A DNA stretch of 64,000 bases, taken from positions 251,042-315,041 of the forward strand of contig CAYJKP010000001.1 in the NCBI GenBank assembly GCA_964371245.1, written 5' to 3'. This document shows positions 7,885-18,410 of the stretch, piece after piece. This DNA comes from an uncultured Gammaproteobacteria bacterium. GTDB taxonomy: Bacteria; Patescibacteriota; Patescibacteriia; JAHIZJ01. The position numbers and the translations under genes were made by a program. Below the pieces are notes generated by a model that saw nothing but the letters and a program-made list of their open reading frames with translations, was not told the DNA's origin and did no database searches. The first letter of the stretch is position 1, and each line of letters starts with the position of its first letter.

Positions 7885-10850
7885 GGTGCGTTTGGTGAGT
7901 TAACGAAATTGACATTATAGATCCGTGTACACTTGTCTTCCGCTGGCGGTGGATCACCAAATTGATCGGTCAAGGTGATTTTAAGCTCGTGCGTTCCCGG
8001 CGTTATGTTAGTGAACGGCATACTGACATGTTCGTGCTCCCGTCCGATGGTGGCTTGGCCGATTACACTCCGATCCTGAGACAGTGTCAGGAGGTATGTT
8101 TTCTTTGTTGAGCAGGTAAAGGACCAAAAATCGAGGGTGGCCGACGTTGTTTTGGCGCTGGGGTTATTTAAAACCATCGTGGCGTCGTTTTTGACATAAC
8201 GTTTCAATTCACGATCGTTGCTGCTTGAGATAGACCCCCAATTTTTGTCGATGTAAACATATGGTTCTTGATCGGCTGAGGCGAGTCGAAAGAGATTGTA
8301 TTGTTTTGCATTGAACAGTTTCTCGAAAGCCGGATTAGCCACCGTTATGAGATTGTCGATATAGGCGATTTCCTGGTTGCTCAGATATCTTTTATCGATA
8401 ACCAGATATTTGATATTCCGTCCAGAAAGGTTTTCTCGCGCCAGTCTGGGGTAATAACCGGAAGCATACAGATCGTGACTGATTCTTGCCGTCGTTTCAA
8501 TCTGATGTTGAATCGGCTGGCTCAGTAAATCTCGTAAAAAGGGCTCGTTATTTTTGATCACCAGCGGCGAACCGTCAGCGGCATCAGCCGATCGGTTCAT
8601 CAAATCGTCGGTTGTTAGAAATCGTGCCGAGTCGACGGTCGATTGGTCGTGACTGGCAAAGGGGTACCACAAGATGTTGCTGGCCGTATAATTTGCACTC
8701 CCGATATTCTCTAAAACGTCAGTCTCGATCGGGTTTTCTGATGTTTGTATCCTTTCAACGGTCACAGGATATTTATCCAGGTCAAGAGAACTATTTGTTT
8801 TTGGATCATGAACGACAAAAGTTAGTTTATGCTCGCCCGGGAAAGCGTCAAAATCGAGTCTGACAGTTTTCAGGTACGGGCCAATTTCTTCTCGTCCGAT
8901 GGTTCTATTGCCATAGATAACGTCAAGCGTAGCGATGTCGTTCGTTGTACGCAGAGTGATATCGATTTTGGCGTTCTCATCGGTTGTGGAGAAATTTTTC
9001 ACCAGCACCGTGCTATTCGGCTGGAGGGTTCGGTACTTCACGCGGTCGTCATTGTACTGGAGATCGGACCAGTTGTCGCCGAGCGATAGATAGAGCTGTT
9101 TTGGCAAGGGTCGGGTATCAAGTTCGTACACTAGGGTATCCCCGGTATCTTCTTTATTGATGACAGAGAGGTTTGTTTCAATAAACTTTTTGATCTCATT
9201 ATACTGCTCGAGCGTCAAAAACTGCTTGCCCTCGCCGACGAATTGCTTATCAACGATAATGTATCGTATGTTCTGTTCGGACAAGTACGGCTGGGCAATA
9301 CGCGAATAATCGTAATAAATTATGTCAGAGTTCTCTTTTCCTGACGGGATAAAATACAGCAAATTGTTTATTCCGGGCGTATTTAGGTCAGCTTGTTGCC
9401 GTTCCCAGTTTTTTCTGGCAAAGTCAAACTTACCAATGACGTTCTTATTGTGAAACGTGTTGTAGTACTTCACTTTTGAAGCGTATAAATAGTTTGAGAT
9501 GATAGGTAATTCGATGACGGAAAAATCGCCCGGTTCATTGCCAAGCTTTTTATACGCGGCGGGCACAGTAACCGAGTTCGTCACTGTGCTTGGAAGGAAT
9601 TCGATCAGAAGCAATAGCGTTATCCCAAGCAGAAGCCGCCGTTTCGTGTTTCGACCGCTAAATTTTTTCTCAAGTAAATATGAAAAGCCAAAGGCACTGA
9701 GGACAGACAACGAGAGTAGACCGATGACGAATAGACGTCCTACGGTCCGCATATTCTCGAGAAACGGAACGTAATGGTACAAAAAGAGATAGGGTAGGGG
9801 GACGCTCGGTTTGACCGTGCCGAGGAAATGGAGAAACGGTCCCAGTGAAAAAATGGCAAAAGCGGCCAGGAGAATAATCCATAGCCGAACTTGAACATCA
9901 TGTTTTCGTGAGCGCCAGCCAATGAGAGCGAGAATCAAGGCGGCAAAGCCGACATAGACTGAGTATTCGGCCGGATTGCCCGTGAACGTGTTCGCCACGT
10001 GGTCGGCGAAAAACGATCCCCAGATCGGGTGGGCTGAAGCTGGGGTAAGAAAACCGACCGCGTCATTGGAATAATTAACCGCCTGTTCGAGTCCGGGGTC
10101 GAGATAATTATTCTGGGAGGTGGCGATTCTTATCCAGTCGCTGTATTTCGTGATCAAAAGCAGAAACGAGAGCACGATACCCGCCCCGAGCGTTATCATG
10201 AGTCGCTTGTTTTTGAAAACCTCTTTCTTAGCCAAGGCGTAATAGATAATCAGACCGGCGCTCAGCAAGAGGGCGGCGACCGCAAAGTGAACCTCGTTAA
10301 CGGCAATAAGCGCGAAAAATATTACCGATGGAACGAGATAGCGCAAGCGTCCGGAATCAAAAAGCTTAAAAAAGAATAAGACGTAAAAGGGGATAAACTC
10401 CAAGTGAGTCGCTCCGCCAAAGCCCATGCTGTAGGCGACGTGTAAGGGGGCAAAACTGAAGATAAATCCGGCGATCATTGAGCCCCAAAAGTTCTTCGTC
10501 AGATAGCGGGCCAGAAGAAAAGCACCGAAACCGGCAAAGATAAAGGACCCAAGCCAAACAAGATTATAGGCCAAGAGGTTGCCGAACAGTAACGAAAAAA
10601 GAGCCCGGATCGTGCTGAGTTCAAAAATATTTTTTATTACATAGATGATTGCACTTACCGCTCCATCGTTGAGTAATTGATTGTGGATTGTGACTTGCTG
10701 GGCGTAAATTGGCCAAGCGTCATTGTCGCCGATTAATTTATGCCCCATCACTAATACTGTCGGCAGAAAATATCCGACGCTGATCAATATGAAAAAGCAG
10801 AACGCGAAGAACGCGCTATGCCGCTTGAATATTGTGGCTGAAAGACGCAT
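7881..10850 (-). CDS. Large polytopic membrane protein, YfhO-like putative membrane glycosyltransferase with about 550-aa extracytoplasmic C-terminal domain
   Basis: 989 aa. About 12-14 TM helices in the first roughly 430 aa, then a long soluble domain. Architecture resembles YfhO/GT-C-type enzymes. No sequence motif verified. Confidence 0.4.
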   Translation of the reverse strand: MRLSATIFKRHSAFFAFCFFILISVGYFLPTVLVMGHKLIGDNDAWPIYAQQVTIHNQLLNDGAVSAIIYVIKNIFELSTIRALFSLLFGNLLAYNLVWLGSFIFAGFGAFLLARYLTKNFWGSMIAGFIFSFAPLHVAYSMGFGGATHLEFIPFYVLFFFKLFDSGRLRYLVPSVIFFALIAVNEVHFAVAALLLSAGLIIYYALAKKEVFKNKRLMITLGAGIVLSFLLLITKYSDWIRIATSQNNYLDPGLEQAVNYSNDAVGFLTPASAHPIWGSFFADHVANTFTGNPAEYSVYVGFAALILALIGWRSRKHDVQVRLWIILLAAFAIFSLGPFLHFLGTVKPSVPLPYLFLYHYVPFLENMRTVGRLFVIGLLSLSVLSAFGFSYLLEKKFSGRNTKRRLLLGITLLLLIEFLPSTVTNSVTVPAAYKKLGNEPGDFSVIELPIISNYLYASKVKYYNTFHNKNVIGKFDFARKNWERQQADLNTPGINNLLYFIPSGKENSDIIYYDYSRIAQPYLSEQNIRYIIVDKQFVGEGKQFLTLEQYNEIKKFIETNLSVINKEDTGDTLVYELDTRPLPKQLYLSLGDNWSDLQYNDDRVKYRTLQPNSTVLVKNFSTTDENAKIDITLRTTNDIATLDVIYGNRTIGREEIGPYLKTVRLDFDAFPGEHKLTFVVHDPKTNSSLDLDKYPVTVERIQTSENPIETDVLENIGSANYTASNILWYPFASHDQSTVDSARFLTTDDLMNRSADAADGSPLVIKNNEPFLRDLLSQPIQHQIETTARISHDLYASGYYPRLARENLSGRNIKYLVIDKRYLSNQEIAYIDNLITVANPAFEKLFNAKQYNLFRLASADQEPYVYIDKNWGSISSSNDRELKRYVKNDATMVLNNPSAKTTSATLDFWSFTCSTKKTYLLTLSQDRSVIGQATIGREHEHVSMPFTNITPGTHELKITLTDQFGDPPPAEDKCTRIYNVNFVNSPNAP

Positions 10851-11014
10851 AAAAAATACGTTTAGTTAAGCGTAATCACTGCCTATCATAACATAAGAGG
10901 TGATATTTGGCTATCTCTTTGAAATTCGGGTTTGTGACCGGATAAGAAGTTATTCTCGGGAAGGGTGTCAATGCAGATGGCGAGGTTGCGCAACTGTTCT
11001 AGAAGCAAGAGAGG

Positions 11015-11824
11015 CTAAACGTCGTGCATTTTTTTTACCAGGATATCCAGCGTTCTGACGTTGAGGTCGTTCACGTCGTATTTTGAAAAATAGGGACTAA
11101 TTTTTTTCGGGAATTTGCTGTCCGGATTTCGATATTTGAATAGGTACTGTATTTCAAAACCGCTGGCTTGAAACAATCCGATCCAGTCCGAGCAACGTAA
11201 TCGGTTGGTATAAAAAATAGTGCCGCTTGTCGATGATTCCCAGGTGGACTCGTCGTATTTGTAGAAATTAAATGGCGCCGCGCGGCCGTTGAGGTGATCC
11301 TTCAAATCAATTTGATGGAATGAATACCCGCCTATTTTAAGCGTCTGGTTGATATTTTTTACGGCCTGCGCGCATGAATTCCGGGAAATGTGTTCCAGGA
11401 CGGCGTTTGAAATGGCAATATCGAAGTAGCCGGCGTGTGTTTTTGTTCGATGTTCGGTAGCCAGATCCAGTTTGATAAATTTCAAACGAGCCAGACCGGA
11501 TAAAGCCGTATCGGCGGCATCGTTGCGTCGATATGGGTCGCTGGCCACAAACTCGCTGACGCCGCAGTGCTTGATGAAATAGTCGCCGAGGCGGGGAAGG
11601 TTGCCGCTCCCGAGCTCCAATATGCGGGTGTTGGGGAGGTAAACGCCTTTTTTTTGAAAAACATCATTGATGGAGGTAAAGATTCGATGATAGTAGGCGT
11701 CATTTTTATCACTCCAACCTTTACGCAATAGCCACCCGTTTACCGACGGGATTTTCTTTATGAGTGACGTGAGTTTCAGTTCGAAACCCAGGGCGGTAAA
11801 AACTCCGAATATTTTTCTAGACAT
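11015..11824 (-). CDS. Class I SAM-dependent methyltransferase
   Basis: 'ILELGSGNLPRLGDYF' motif I and 'ISNAVLEHI' motif. Confidence 0.65.
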   Translation of the reverse strand: MSRKIFGVFTALGFELKLTSLIKKIPSVNGWLLRKGWSDKNDAYYHRIFTSINDVFQKKGVYLPNTRILELGSGNLPRLGDYFIKHCGVSEFVASDPYRRNDAADTALSGLARLKFIKLDLATEHRTKTHAGYFDIAISNAVLEHISRNSCAQAVKNINQTLKIGGYSFHQIDLKDHLNGRAAPFNFYKYDESTWESSTSGTIFYTNRLRCSDWIGLFQASGFEIQYLFKYRNPDSKFPKKISPYFSKYDVNDLNVRTLDILVKKMHDV

Positions 11825-11979
11825 ATGATTTACAGTTGGTCGAACGCGGGGCGTTATGTATCAAATTGATAATATCTTCCAAGACAACTTCGATAACAAT
11901 AGTATAGTTACTAGGCGTTCTTTCTGCAACTGTTCTAATCCGGTCGGCGGGGTCGATACTTCACAATTCGTTCATAATA

Positions 11980-13971
11980 TTGTATTATTTTTGTATGTCG
12001 ATAATGCTGGACCTTAGAAAAACAAAGGGTCAAAAGGATCAAGGTTGGAATAAAATCAGCTTTAATAAGATACTGTGGGTTGTGGCGATCGTCACGATGT
12101 TTTTTTGGTTATGTTATAAGCTGGGGGACTTTTATTCCAACGGCCTGTTCTGGCAAAACTGGTATTATCTGCTGGCGGCGATTCCGGTGGTCTGCTTAGT
12201 AATTTTGCATTGGCGACGGGACAAATCGCTGAAACTATGCGCCGATAAATTTGAAAGGGATTACGACAAGAAGAGCCACGAGGTATCCAAAGAGGCGCGG
12301 CGAAAAAACGTATTTCTGAGTAAACACCCAGTGCTCAACCATCTGCCGGTTATCGGTCCGGTCACGCGCTGGGCATATGTCAATGGAGCGACGTTTGTTA
12401 TCGCCATTATTCTTATCGGCATCAACGCCTGGTTTATCCGGATTAATAATCTCGGCGTCTTGCCAATACAAAACGATGAATTTCTGAGTTACGGTGCCAT
12501 CAAGTATATTGTCGATGGCAATCTGTCTTTTAAAGACATGCAATACGGCGCCGACAGCAATTTAAGCGATGATTTTTACAGTCGCGCCTTGCCATATTCC
12601 CTTGGTGCCGCCTGGACTGTTGACGTGCTCGGCGGTGATTATATGAATTACTTTAATCTGCGGCTGTTCTCGGTGCTCTGCGGAATGGCAACCTTGGTCG
12701 TATTTTATTTTCTGATGCGAAGGCATTTTTCAAAAATTACCGTATTGTTCTCCCTTTTTGGCTTGTCCGTTTTTTACATGTTTGTCTATTATTCACGGCT
12801 GGCGCGGATGTATTCGTTTCATATCCTGTTATTTTTTATAATGGTGCTGATTTTGGACAGGTTGTTCTTGAAAATTGAGAAAGATCCGATCGCACGGCTG
12901 CTCAATCCGGGCCAGACACTTCGGTACTATGCCACGCTTATCAAAGAAAATTATCCGTTAATTCTGCTATTTATCGCCGTGCTAATTCTCGATTTGAAAA
13001 CCCACTACACCGGCATCTTCATCTTACCGATAATTTTTGCCTACTCGGTTCTGCTGGTGCGAAGACACAAACAACTTTTGTATCCGGTGGTGTTGGTTGC
13101 CGTGGCGGTTATTGCTTTCTTAATCTTATTCTTTTCGGGTTTTCACTTTTTGGGGGATTGGTACTTCAATAGCCGGAAACTGGTGTACTGGAAATTTTTC
13201 GACTACAATTATACTTATCTCAGGGGCGGGTATTTAACCCTGCCATTATTTTTCTTGCCGATAATATTCTATAAAAAAATCCCCTCATTGATAAAAATGT
13301 CATATGCCGCCTTTTTTTCCGTGTTACCGATGTACCTATTTTTATTTAACGGCAGCATGTTCAGCGATCCACGATACATGATGTTTTTATACCCCTTTTA
13401 CATCATGACCGTCATTTATGCCTTGTATTTGATTTCTTTGTATATTTCTCGTGTCATAAAAAGAGGCAGAAAGTATTTGTTTATCGGTGTGTTTGCCCTT
13501 TTATTTCTATCGGCGGCGTTCCCATTGCAGATCAATGGAGTTTGCGGCGTCAGCGTTATTCATACTTGTCCGATCAGTGATCGCAGTAAAATATTCACCC
13601 TTGATCGATGGAATTACAACCATGACGAATACTTTAATATAATAAAAGATTCTAGTAATCCTGATACAATCATCGCCGGAAGAACGATTTATGATTTTTA
13701 CATCGAAAAGTATCAAATAGAAAATCAACTGTTTCGACTCGCCCTGGTAAAGAAATTCATCGACAGCTCGGTACAATATACCGTTTCGGATCTGGCGACA
13801 AAAGACATCATTCTTATTGTTTATCCGAAATTGAGCTATTCACAACCAGCCACCGATCCGTTTTCGGGTGTTTACCGGTACTTAGTTGAGGAGCGCACTG
13901 ATAAAAAAACGCTGTACAAATCAGCCGACGGCAAGGTGGTTGTTTATAAATTCGATAAACTGTATCAATAG
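11980..13971 (+). CDS. Polytopic membrane protein, GT-C family (GT39/GT83-like) glycosyltransferase candidate
   Basis: 663 aa, more than 12 TM helices, 'NDEFLSYGAIKY' acidic loop after TM1 reminiscent of PMT/ArnT-like enzymes. AT-rich gene relative to neighbours. Alternative start M6/M9 possible. Confidence 0.45.
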   Translation: MYYFCMSIMLDLRKTKGQKDQGWNKISFNKILWVVAIVTMFFWLCYKLGDFYSNGLFWQNWYYLLAAIPVVCLVILHWRRDKSLKLCADKFERDYDKKSHEVSKEARRKNVFLSKHPVLNHLPVIGPVTRWAYVNGATFVIAIILIGINAWFIRINNLGVLPIQNDEFLSYGAIKYIVDGNLSFKDMQYGADSNLSDDFYSRALPYSLGAAWTVDVLGGDYMNYFNLRLFSVLCGMATLVVFYFLMRRHFSKITVLFSLFGLSVFYMFVYYSRLARMYSFHILLFFIMVLILDRLFLKIEKDPIARLLNPGQTLRYYATLIKENYPLILLFIAVLILDLKTHYTGIFILPIIFAYSVLLVRRHKQLLYPVVLVAVAVIAFLILFFSGFHFLGDWYFNSRKLVYWKFFDYNYTYLRGGYLTLPLFFLPIIFYKKIPSLIKMSYAAFFSVLPMYLFLFNGSMFSDPRYMMFLYPFYIMTVIYALYLISLYISRVIKRGRKYLFIGVFALLFLSAAFPLQINGVCGVSVIHTCPISDRSKIFTLDRWNYNHDEYFNIIKDSSNPDTIIAGRTIYDFYIEKYQIENQLFRLALVKKFIDSSVQYTVSDLATKDIILIVYPKLSYSQPATDPFSGVYRYLVEERTDKKTLYKSADGKVVVYKFDKLYQ

Positions 13972-13972
13972 G

Positions 13973-15262
13973 GTGCTTACGAAGCTGTCCAAACAACTCG
14001 CGAGCGGAAAGGTGTTGGCTCGCTTTTCATTGCTGAAGGCCTCGGGCCAGGTGTTTGAGATGCTCATCCCGTTCGGTTTAGCGGTGGTTATCGCGCCCGA
14101 TATATTCGGCATCTACTCCTTGGGTAAAATGGTTGTTTTTTTATTTGCGAGTTTGTTTGTCTTTTCGTCCCTGACACCGTTTGTCGTGTTTTCTAATCAA
14201 GAAGCGCAACAAACCGGCAAGATCAATAATTCTTTTTCCGTTCAGGTAGTGCTCGTCGCTTTGTCAGCCGGCCTGTTTCTTCTGATCACGCTGCTGGGCG
14301 GTACGTACATTAAAACGTTCACCGAGCTTAATAGCAGCGAACTTATTTTTCTGGTCCTGGCCTATTTCGGAATCACCATCCGGTTTTTCCTGGAGAATAT
14401 TTTTCTGGCGCTTAATCAAAAGACAAAAAACGCCGCGGTGGATTTTTTTTACGGACTAGTCAGCGTGGTGACCATTGTAATACTGTATCGCTTTCACGTC
14501 TTAAGCGTGTCTACCTTGTTTTTGACGTATTTTATTGCCGCCCTGGCGGTACTCGCTATCTATCTTCGTTTCATAAATTTCAGTCTGCTCCGACCATTTC
14601 ACGTCGAACGCTCGCATTTCAAGAAAATGTTTAATTTCGCCAAGTGGAATATTGTCGGTTCAACGGCCGTTTATTTGACGAACTGGGGAGACAATTTCGT
14701 TTTGCGCCTGTTCGTCTCCGTTGACCAGATCGGAATCTACAACCTTGGCTATCAGACCTTCAAGGGTTTAACTGGATTGTATTTTATCCTCAACTCCTAT
14801 TTCTTACCGTCTATCAGTAAGACGATCGAGGATGTCAAAGCGGTGCAAAACTACGTGTTTAACAAAAGACCAAAGATATTTTTATTGGTCCTGGTTTTTA
14901 TTGTCGGATTTTATCTTTTATTGCCGACAATATTTCACGCCATCTATTCCGCGAGTTACGATGGTGCGATTATTGTCCTGAAAATTCTGTTAATCGGCAG
15001 CGTGCTTGAACTCTATAATGTCTTTTACATTCCGATTTTGAATGCCAGCCGGAAGTATAAATTTACCCAAACGACAAATATCGTCCAGGTTTTGATAAAT
15101 CTCGGCTTGGATTTCCTGCTGATTCCGGCGCTCGGGATTACCGGCGCGGCCATTGCCACGGTCACGGCGTATACGGCACGAAATCTGATCTACGAGATAT
15201 ATGTGTATCGAAAATTTAAGGATTTTTCCTTTATCAGCCGATGGTTTGGCCACCAGGGCTAA
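13973..15262 (+). CDS. Wzx-like oligosaccharide flippase / polysaccharide biosynthesis protein
   Basis: GTG start at 13973 immediately after the stop of the upstream gene. The N-terminal region 'LARFSLLKASGQVFEMLIPFGLAVVIAPDIFGIYSLG' fits the Wzx N-terminus, so the later ATG at 14060 would truncate it. About 12 TM. Confidence 0.6.
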   Translation: MLTKLSKQLASGKVLARFSLLKASGQVFEMLIPFGLAVVIAPDIFGIYSLGKMVVFLFASLFVFSSLTPFVVFSNQEAQQTGKINNSFSVQVVLVALSAGLFLLITLLGGTYIKTFTELNSSELIFLVLAYFGITIRFFLENIFLALNQKTKNAAVDFFYGLVSVVTIVILYRFHVLSVSTLFLTYFIAALAVLAIYLRFINFSLLRPFHVERSHFKKMFNFAKWNIVGSTAVYLTNWGDNFVLRLFVSVDQIGIYNLGYQTFKGLTGLYFILNSYFLPSISKTIEDVKAVQNYVFNKRPKIFLLVLVFIVGFYLLLPTIFHAIYSASYDGAIIVLKILLIGSVLELYNVFYIPILNASRKYKFTQTTNIVQVLINLGLDFLLIPALGITGAAIATVTAYTARNLIYEIYVYRKFKDFSFISRWFGHQG

Positions 15263-15936
15263 TCTTTTCGCGCTACCGCCAACATGGTTTTATTAAGCCC
15301 AATGCGCTTATCAAACCGCATGAACAACCGCCAGTAGTACCGCGAGCCGGGCAGGGAAGACATAATACTGAACGGGAACACCCCGATTTTTTTTAGACTG
15401 AAACCTGACTCGCGCAGCAGCGTTGACATCCTGTCTTTATCAAATGATTGCAGGTGACCGACGCGATGAAAATGGTGGCCGCAATTCGGACAGGTGATCG
15501 AGTTCTTTTCCAATAGTTCATTGAAGGGGACGGTGACGATGAGGTGGCCGCCCGGTCGCAGTACCCGGAACGTTTCGCTCAACCCGGCGCGGAGCTGCTC
15601 CGTCGACAAGTGTTCTAACACCTCGGTACAAATAGCGGTCATAAAGCTACCGTCCGGGAATTTCAGATCCGTAATCAATCCTTCCTGGACCAGGTCGGTC
15701 TTTGGACAGAGGTCGATGCCGACCGCATCGCGGTGTCCGGTACGGCGCAATAAGGCGACCATCGCTCCGGTGCCAGCGCCAACATCAACGATCGGGTCGA
15801 CCAAGTATTTTTTATTCATGCCGGTAATCAGCTTGGAGACAGTATCACCAAAATAGGTAAAGCTGCAGCTTGGATCGGTGAATTTCTGTTTTGAACACTC
15901 TTCTAATTTCTTTTGATAGGCTTCATTCGGGTGCAT
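15259..15936 (-). CDS. Class I SAM-dependent methyltransferase with C-terminal Zn-ribbon-like CPNCGHHFH
   Basis: 'VDVGAGTGAMVALL' SAM motif I, 'ICTEVLEHL', 'LRPGGHLIVTVP', 'CPNCGHHFH'. Confidence 0.7.
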   Translation of the reverse strand: MHPNEAYQKKLEECSKQKFTDPSCSFTYFGDTVSKLITGMNKKYLVDPIVDVGAGTGAMVALLRRTGHRDAVGIDLCPKTDLVQEGLITDLKFPDGSFMTAICTEVLEHLSTEQLRAGLSETFRVLRPGGHLIVTVPFNELLEKNSITCPNCGHHFHRVGHLQSFDKDRMSTLLRESGFSLKKIGVFPFSIMSSLPGSRYYWRLFMRFDKRIGLNKTMLAVARKD

Positions 15937-15942
15937 TGGAGG

Positions 15943-17289
15943 TTATTTTAATTTACTTATCGTGTAGTGGTATTTTCCGCTCGCGGCCGGCTCAATATTG
16001 GCGACGCGTTCGAATTTCACGCGGCAATCCGCTCCCATGACCGTGCGAATCGAGGCGACAATGTCGTCCTGGTATCGCACGAAGCCGGCCTCGTCGCTGA
16101 TCACGACTTTGATGATGACCAAGTCATAATCCTCCTGGATCACTTGGAATTTGGAGATGTAGTTTTTATTGAAAACGACGCCGATGAAATGAATGAAGAA
16201 TTCGCCGGGTATAATGCGTCCGGAACGTGTCCGGAAGACGTTCATCTCGCGACCCTCGACGCGCCGCAAGAGCGGCAGACCACGACCGCAAGAGCAGTGC
16301 TGGATCTTTGACCAGGCGCCCAGGTCGCCGATCTTATAGCGAATCAATGGCATGACATAGTTGGTTAACGTGGTGATATAAATACCACCCAGTTCTTCTG
16401 GCGGGCAGAGTTCGAGGCGATCATTTAATATCTCGATATACGAGGTAAAAATATTTATATGCAGTCCCTCGTCCTTTTCGCACGAGCAGGCAACGCCGCC
16501 GACCTCTCGAGAACCGTAACGATTATAAACCTTGGCCTTGAAAACGCGCTCGATCGCCTCCTTCAATGGGGGATAGAGCGTGCCGGCCGAGACAATAATG
16601 CCTTTCGGTGAGAAAACGGGCAAATGGTTGGCTTCGATGAATTTCGCCAGCTCGTACAGGGACTGGACATAGGCTTCAATCACCTTCGGTTTTTCACGGT
16701 TGATGACGCTCACATAGTGACGCATTGTGTCCGGGGTCATGCGAAACGCATTCAAGGTAGTAGTGTTTAGGATATACCGGCTGATCCAGCCCCGAGCGCC
16801 CTTGCTGCCCGTCAGGATCTCTTTTTCCGAGCCCCACAGTTTCACAAGTTTCTCGCCCTCGCGCCGGCCGGCCCACTCGTAAAACAGTAATGAAGAAGCG
16901 GTCCGAGACTCTTTGCTACACACATCCTTATAAAACATCACCGGTTCGCCCGTCGTGCCGCCGGTCGTATCGCGAAAGAACGCCTTTTTGAAATTGCCGA
17001 CCTTTATTCGCTCGCGTTCATTGATAATAATATCCTTTGTTAAGACCGGAAATTTCGCCAGCTCTTCGGTAATGCCGTCTTCGGTCAGTGTGATCGAACG
17101 TTCCCGGGCAATCTTTTGATAATACGGAGAATTCTCCACACTGTATTTCAGCACGGAATACAGCAAAGAACGTTGCCAGCGGCGACATTCCTCGAGCGGA
17201 CGGTATTCATAGGCATGCATCCGTTGTAATTCCCGAAAACGGCCTTTGGCGACAATCCGTGAAGCAAATTGGGCGAGATACTTCCTCAT
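15943..17289 (-). CDS. Phenylacetate-CoA ligase-like / CapK-type adenylate-forming enzyme (coenzyme F390 synthetase family)
   Basis: 448 aa. 'TTGGTTGEPVMFY' adenylation P-loop-like segment and 'YHYTIS' terminal motif typical of PaaK/CapK-like ANL enzymes found in capsule loci. Confidence 0.65.
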   Translation of the reverse strand: MRKYLAQFASRIVAKGRFRELQRMHAYEYRPLEECRRWQRSLLYSVLKYSVENSPYYQKIARERSITLTEDGITEELAKFPVLTKDIIINERERIKVGNFKKAFFRDTTGGTTGEPVMFYKDVCSKESRTASSLLFYEWAGRREGEKLVKLWGSEKEILTGSKGARGWISRYILNTTTLNAFRMTPDTMRHYVSVINREKPKVIEAYVQSLYELAKFIEANHLPVFSPKGIIVSAGTLYPPLKEAIERVFKAKVYNRYGSREVGGVACSCEKDEGLHINIFTSYIEILNDRLELCPPEELGGIYITTLTNYVMPLIRYKIGDLGAWSKIQHCSCGRGLPLLRRVEGREMNVFRTRSGRIIPGEFFIHFIGVVFNKNYISKFQVIQEDYDLVIIKVVISDEAGFVRYQDDIVASIRTVMGADCRVKFERVANIEPAASGKYHYTISKLK

Positions 17290-18410
17290 ATTTTATCAAC
17301 TAATGACAGAACCGCGTTTTTAAACGTTCCGCTGATTTTATTGATATCATGATTGGCACAGACGTATTTGTACATATTGATGCTTTTTTGCTCCCAGTCC
17401 GCTCGATCGGTCAATAGTTTTCCTAGTCGCTCGGTCAGGGCGGTCTCTTCGCCGGCGCAGGCGTATCCGCAATTATATTTTACAATGAAGTTGTCCGGGT
17501 CAACTTTCCACGACACGATCGGGGTATGGCCGAGCCCGGCCTGGATAAAGGTATTCGGGTAACCCTCAGAATCGGAGGTATTTACGAACACGGTGGCGGC
17601 ATCGAAGTATTTTTGGATTTCGCTGAAGGGGATTTGATTAATAAACTTCAGGTTGGGCAACGACTGCGCTTCTTTTTTAATATTTTCCCATAATTTTTTT
17701 TCAGTATCAACAAGCGGCGCGATCATGACGAATTGATGTCGCGGGAAGGTTTTTACCAGCCCGAGGAATCGATCAGGATTTTTTTCTCGAATACAACGTC
17801 CCACCCAGAGGACATGGTTTTTTCCGGCCGGGGTAGCCGCGCCAGAAAGATAAAAGCCGTTTTTCAAAACCAAGGACCTGATAGAGAAATTATCGGCCAG
17901 TAGCCTCTGGTGCGTGACGTTTTGGGTGATCACTCCGTCAGCCCGCGTCAATCCATACCGGTAGATTTTGCCCAGCCAGCCATTGCCGGAAACAAATTCG
18001 CCAGTGACCTCTTTTTGATTGGCTGTCCGGTGGATGTGTTTTTTCCGAAACAATTTGCAAAAAAATGTGACGAGCCCGACCGTGCTGTTGGCTGATGACG
18101 TAACGTAGACATCGGCGTTTATCTTTCTGAAAAGGAGAAGGTATTTGAAGGCCTGACCGACTTTCGTGAGCGGGGAGTCACTGTTTTTTGGAGTTAGCGA
18201 ACGATAAATCGAGATGCCAAGTTTTTGCTCGCGACGCGGCTGGCCGAAGTCGCCGACCACAAACGAAACAGTAAATGCCTTGTCTGTGGCCAGCTCTTTG
18301 GCCAGAAAAAACAATTGTATTTCAGAGCCGCCATGTACGGTGGCAGAACCGCTGAAGAGCGGATAGGCATATGATTGAATAAAGCAAACGTGTGTTTTAG
18401 TCATTGACAT
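17286..18410 (-). CDS. Glycosyltransferase family 4
   Basis: N-terminal 'HVCFIQSYAYPLFSGSATVHGGSEIQLFFLAKELA', C-terminal 'TSDSEGYPNTFIQAGLGHTPIV' (EX7E-like). 4-nt overlap. Confidence 0.75.
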   Translation of the reverse strand: MSMTKTHVCFIQSYAYPLFSGSATVHGGSEIQLFFLAKELATDKAFTVSFVVGDFGQPRREQKLGISIYRSLTPKNSDSPLTKVGQAFKYLLLFRKINADVYVTSSANSTVGLVTFFCKLFRKKHIHRTANQKEVTGEFVSGNGWLGKIYRYGLTRADGVITQNVTHQRLLADNFSIRSLVLKNGFYLSGAATPAGKNHVLWVGRCIREKNPDRFLGLVKTFPRHQFVMIAPLVDTEKKLWENIKKEAQSLPNLKFINQIPFSEIQKYFDAATVFVNTSDSEGYPNTFIQAGLGHTPIVSWKVDPDNFIVKYNCGYACAGEETALTERLGKLLTDRADWEQKSINMYKYVCANHDINKISGTFKNAVLSLVDKI

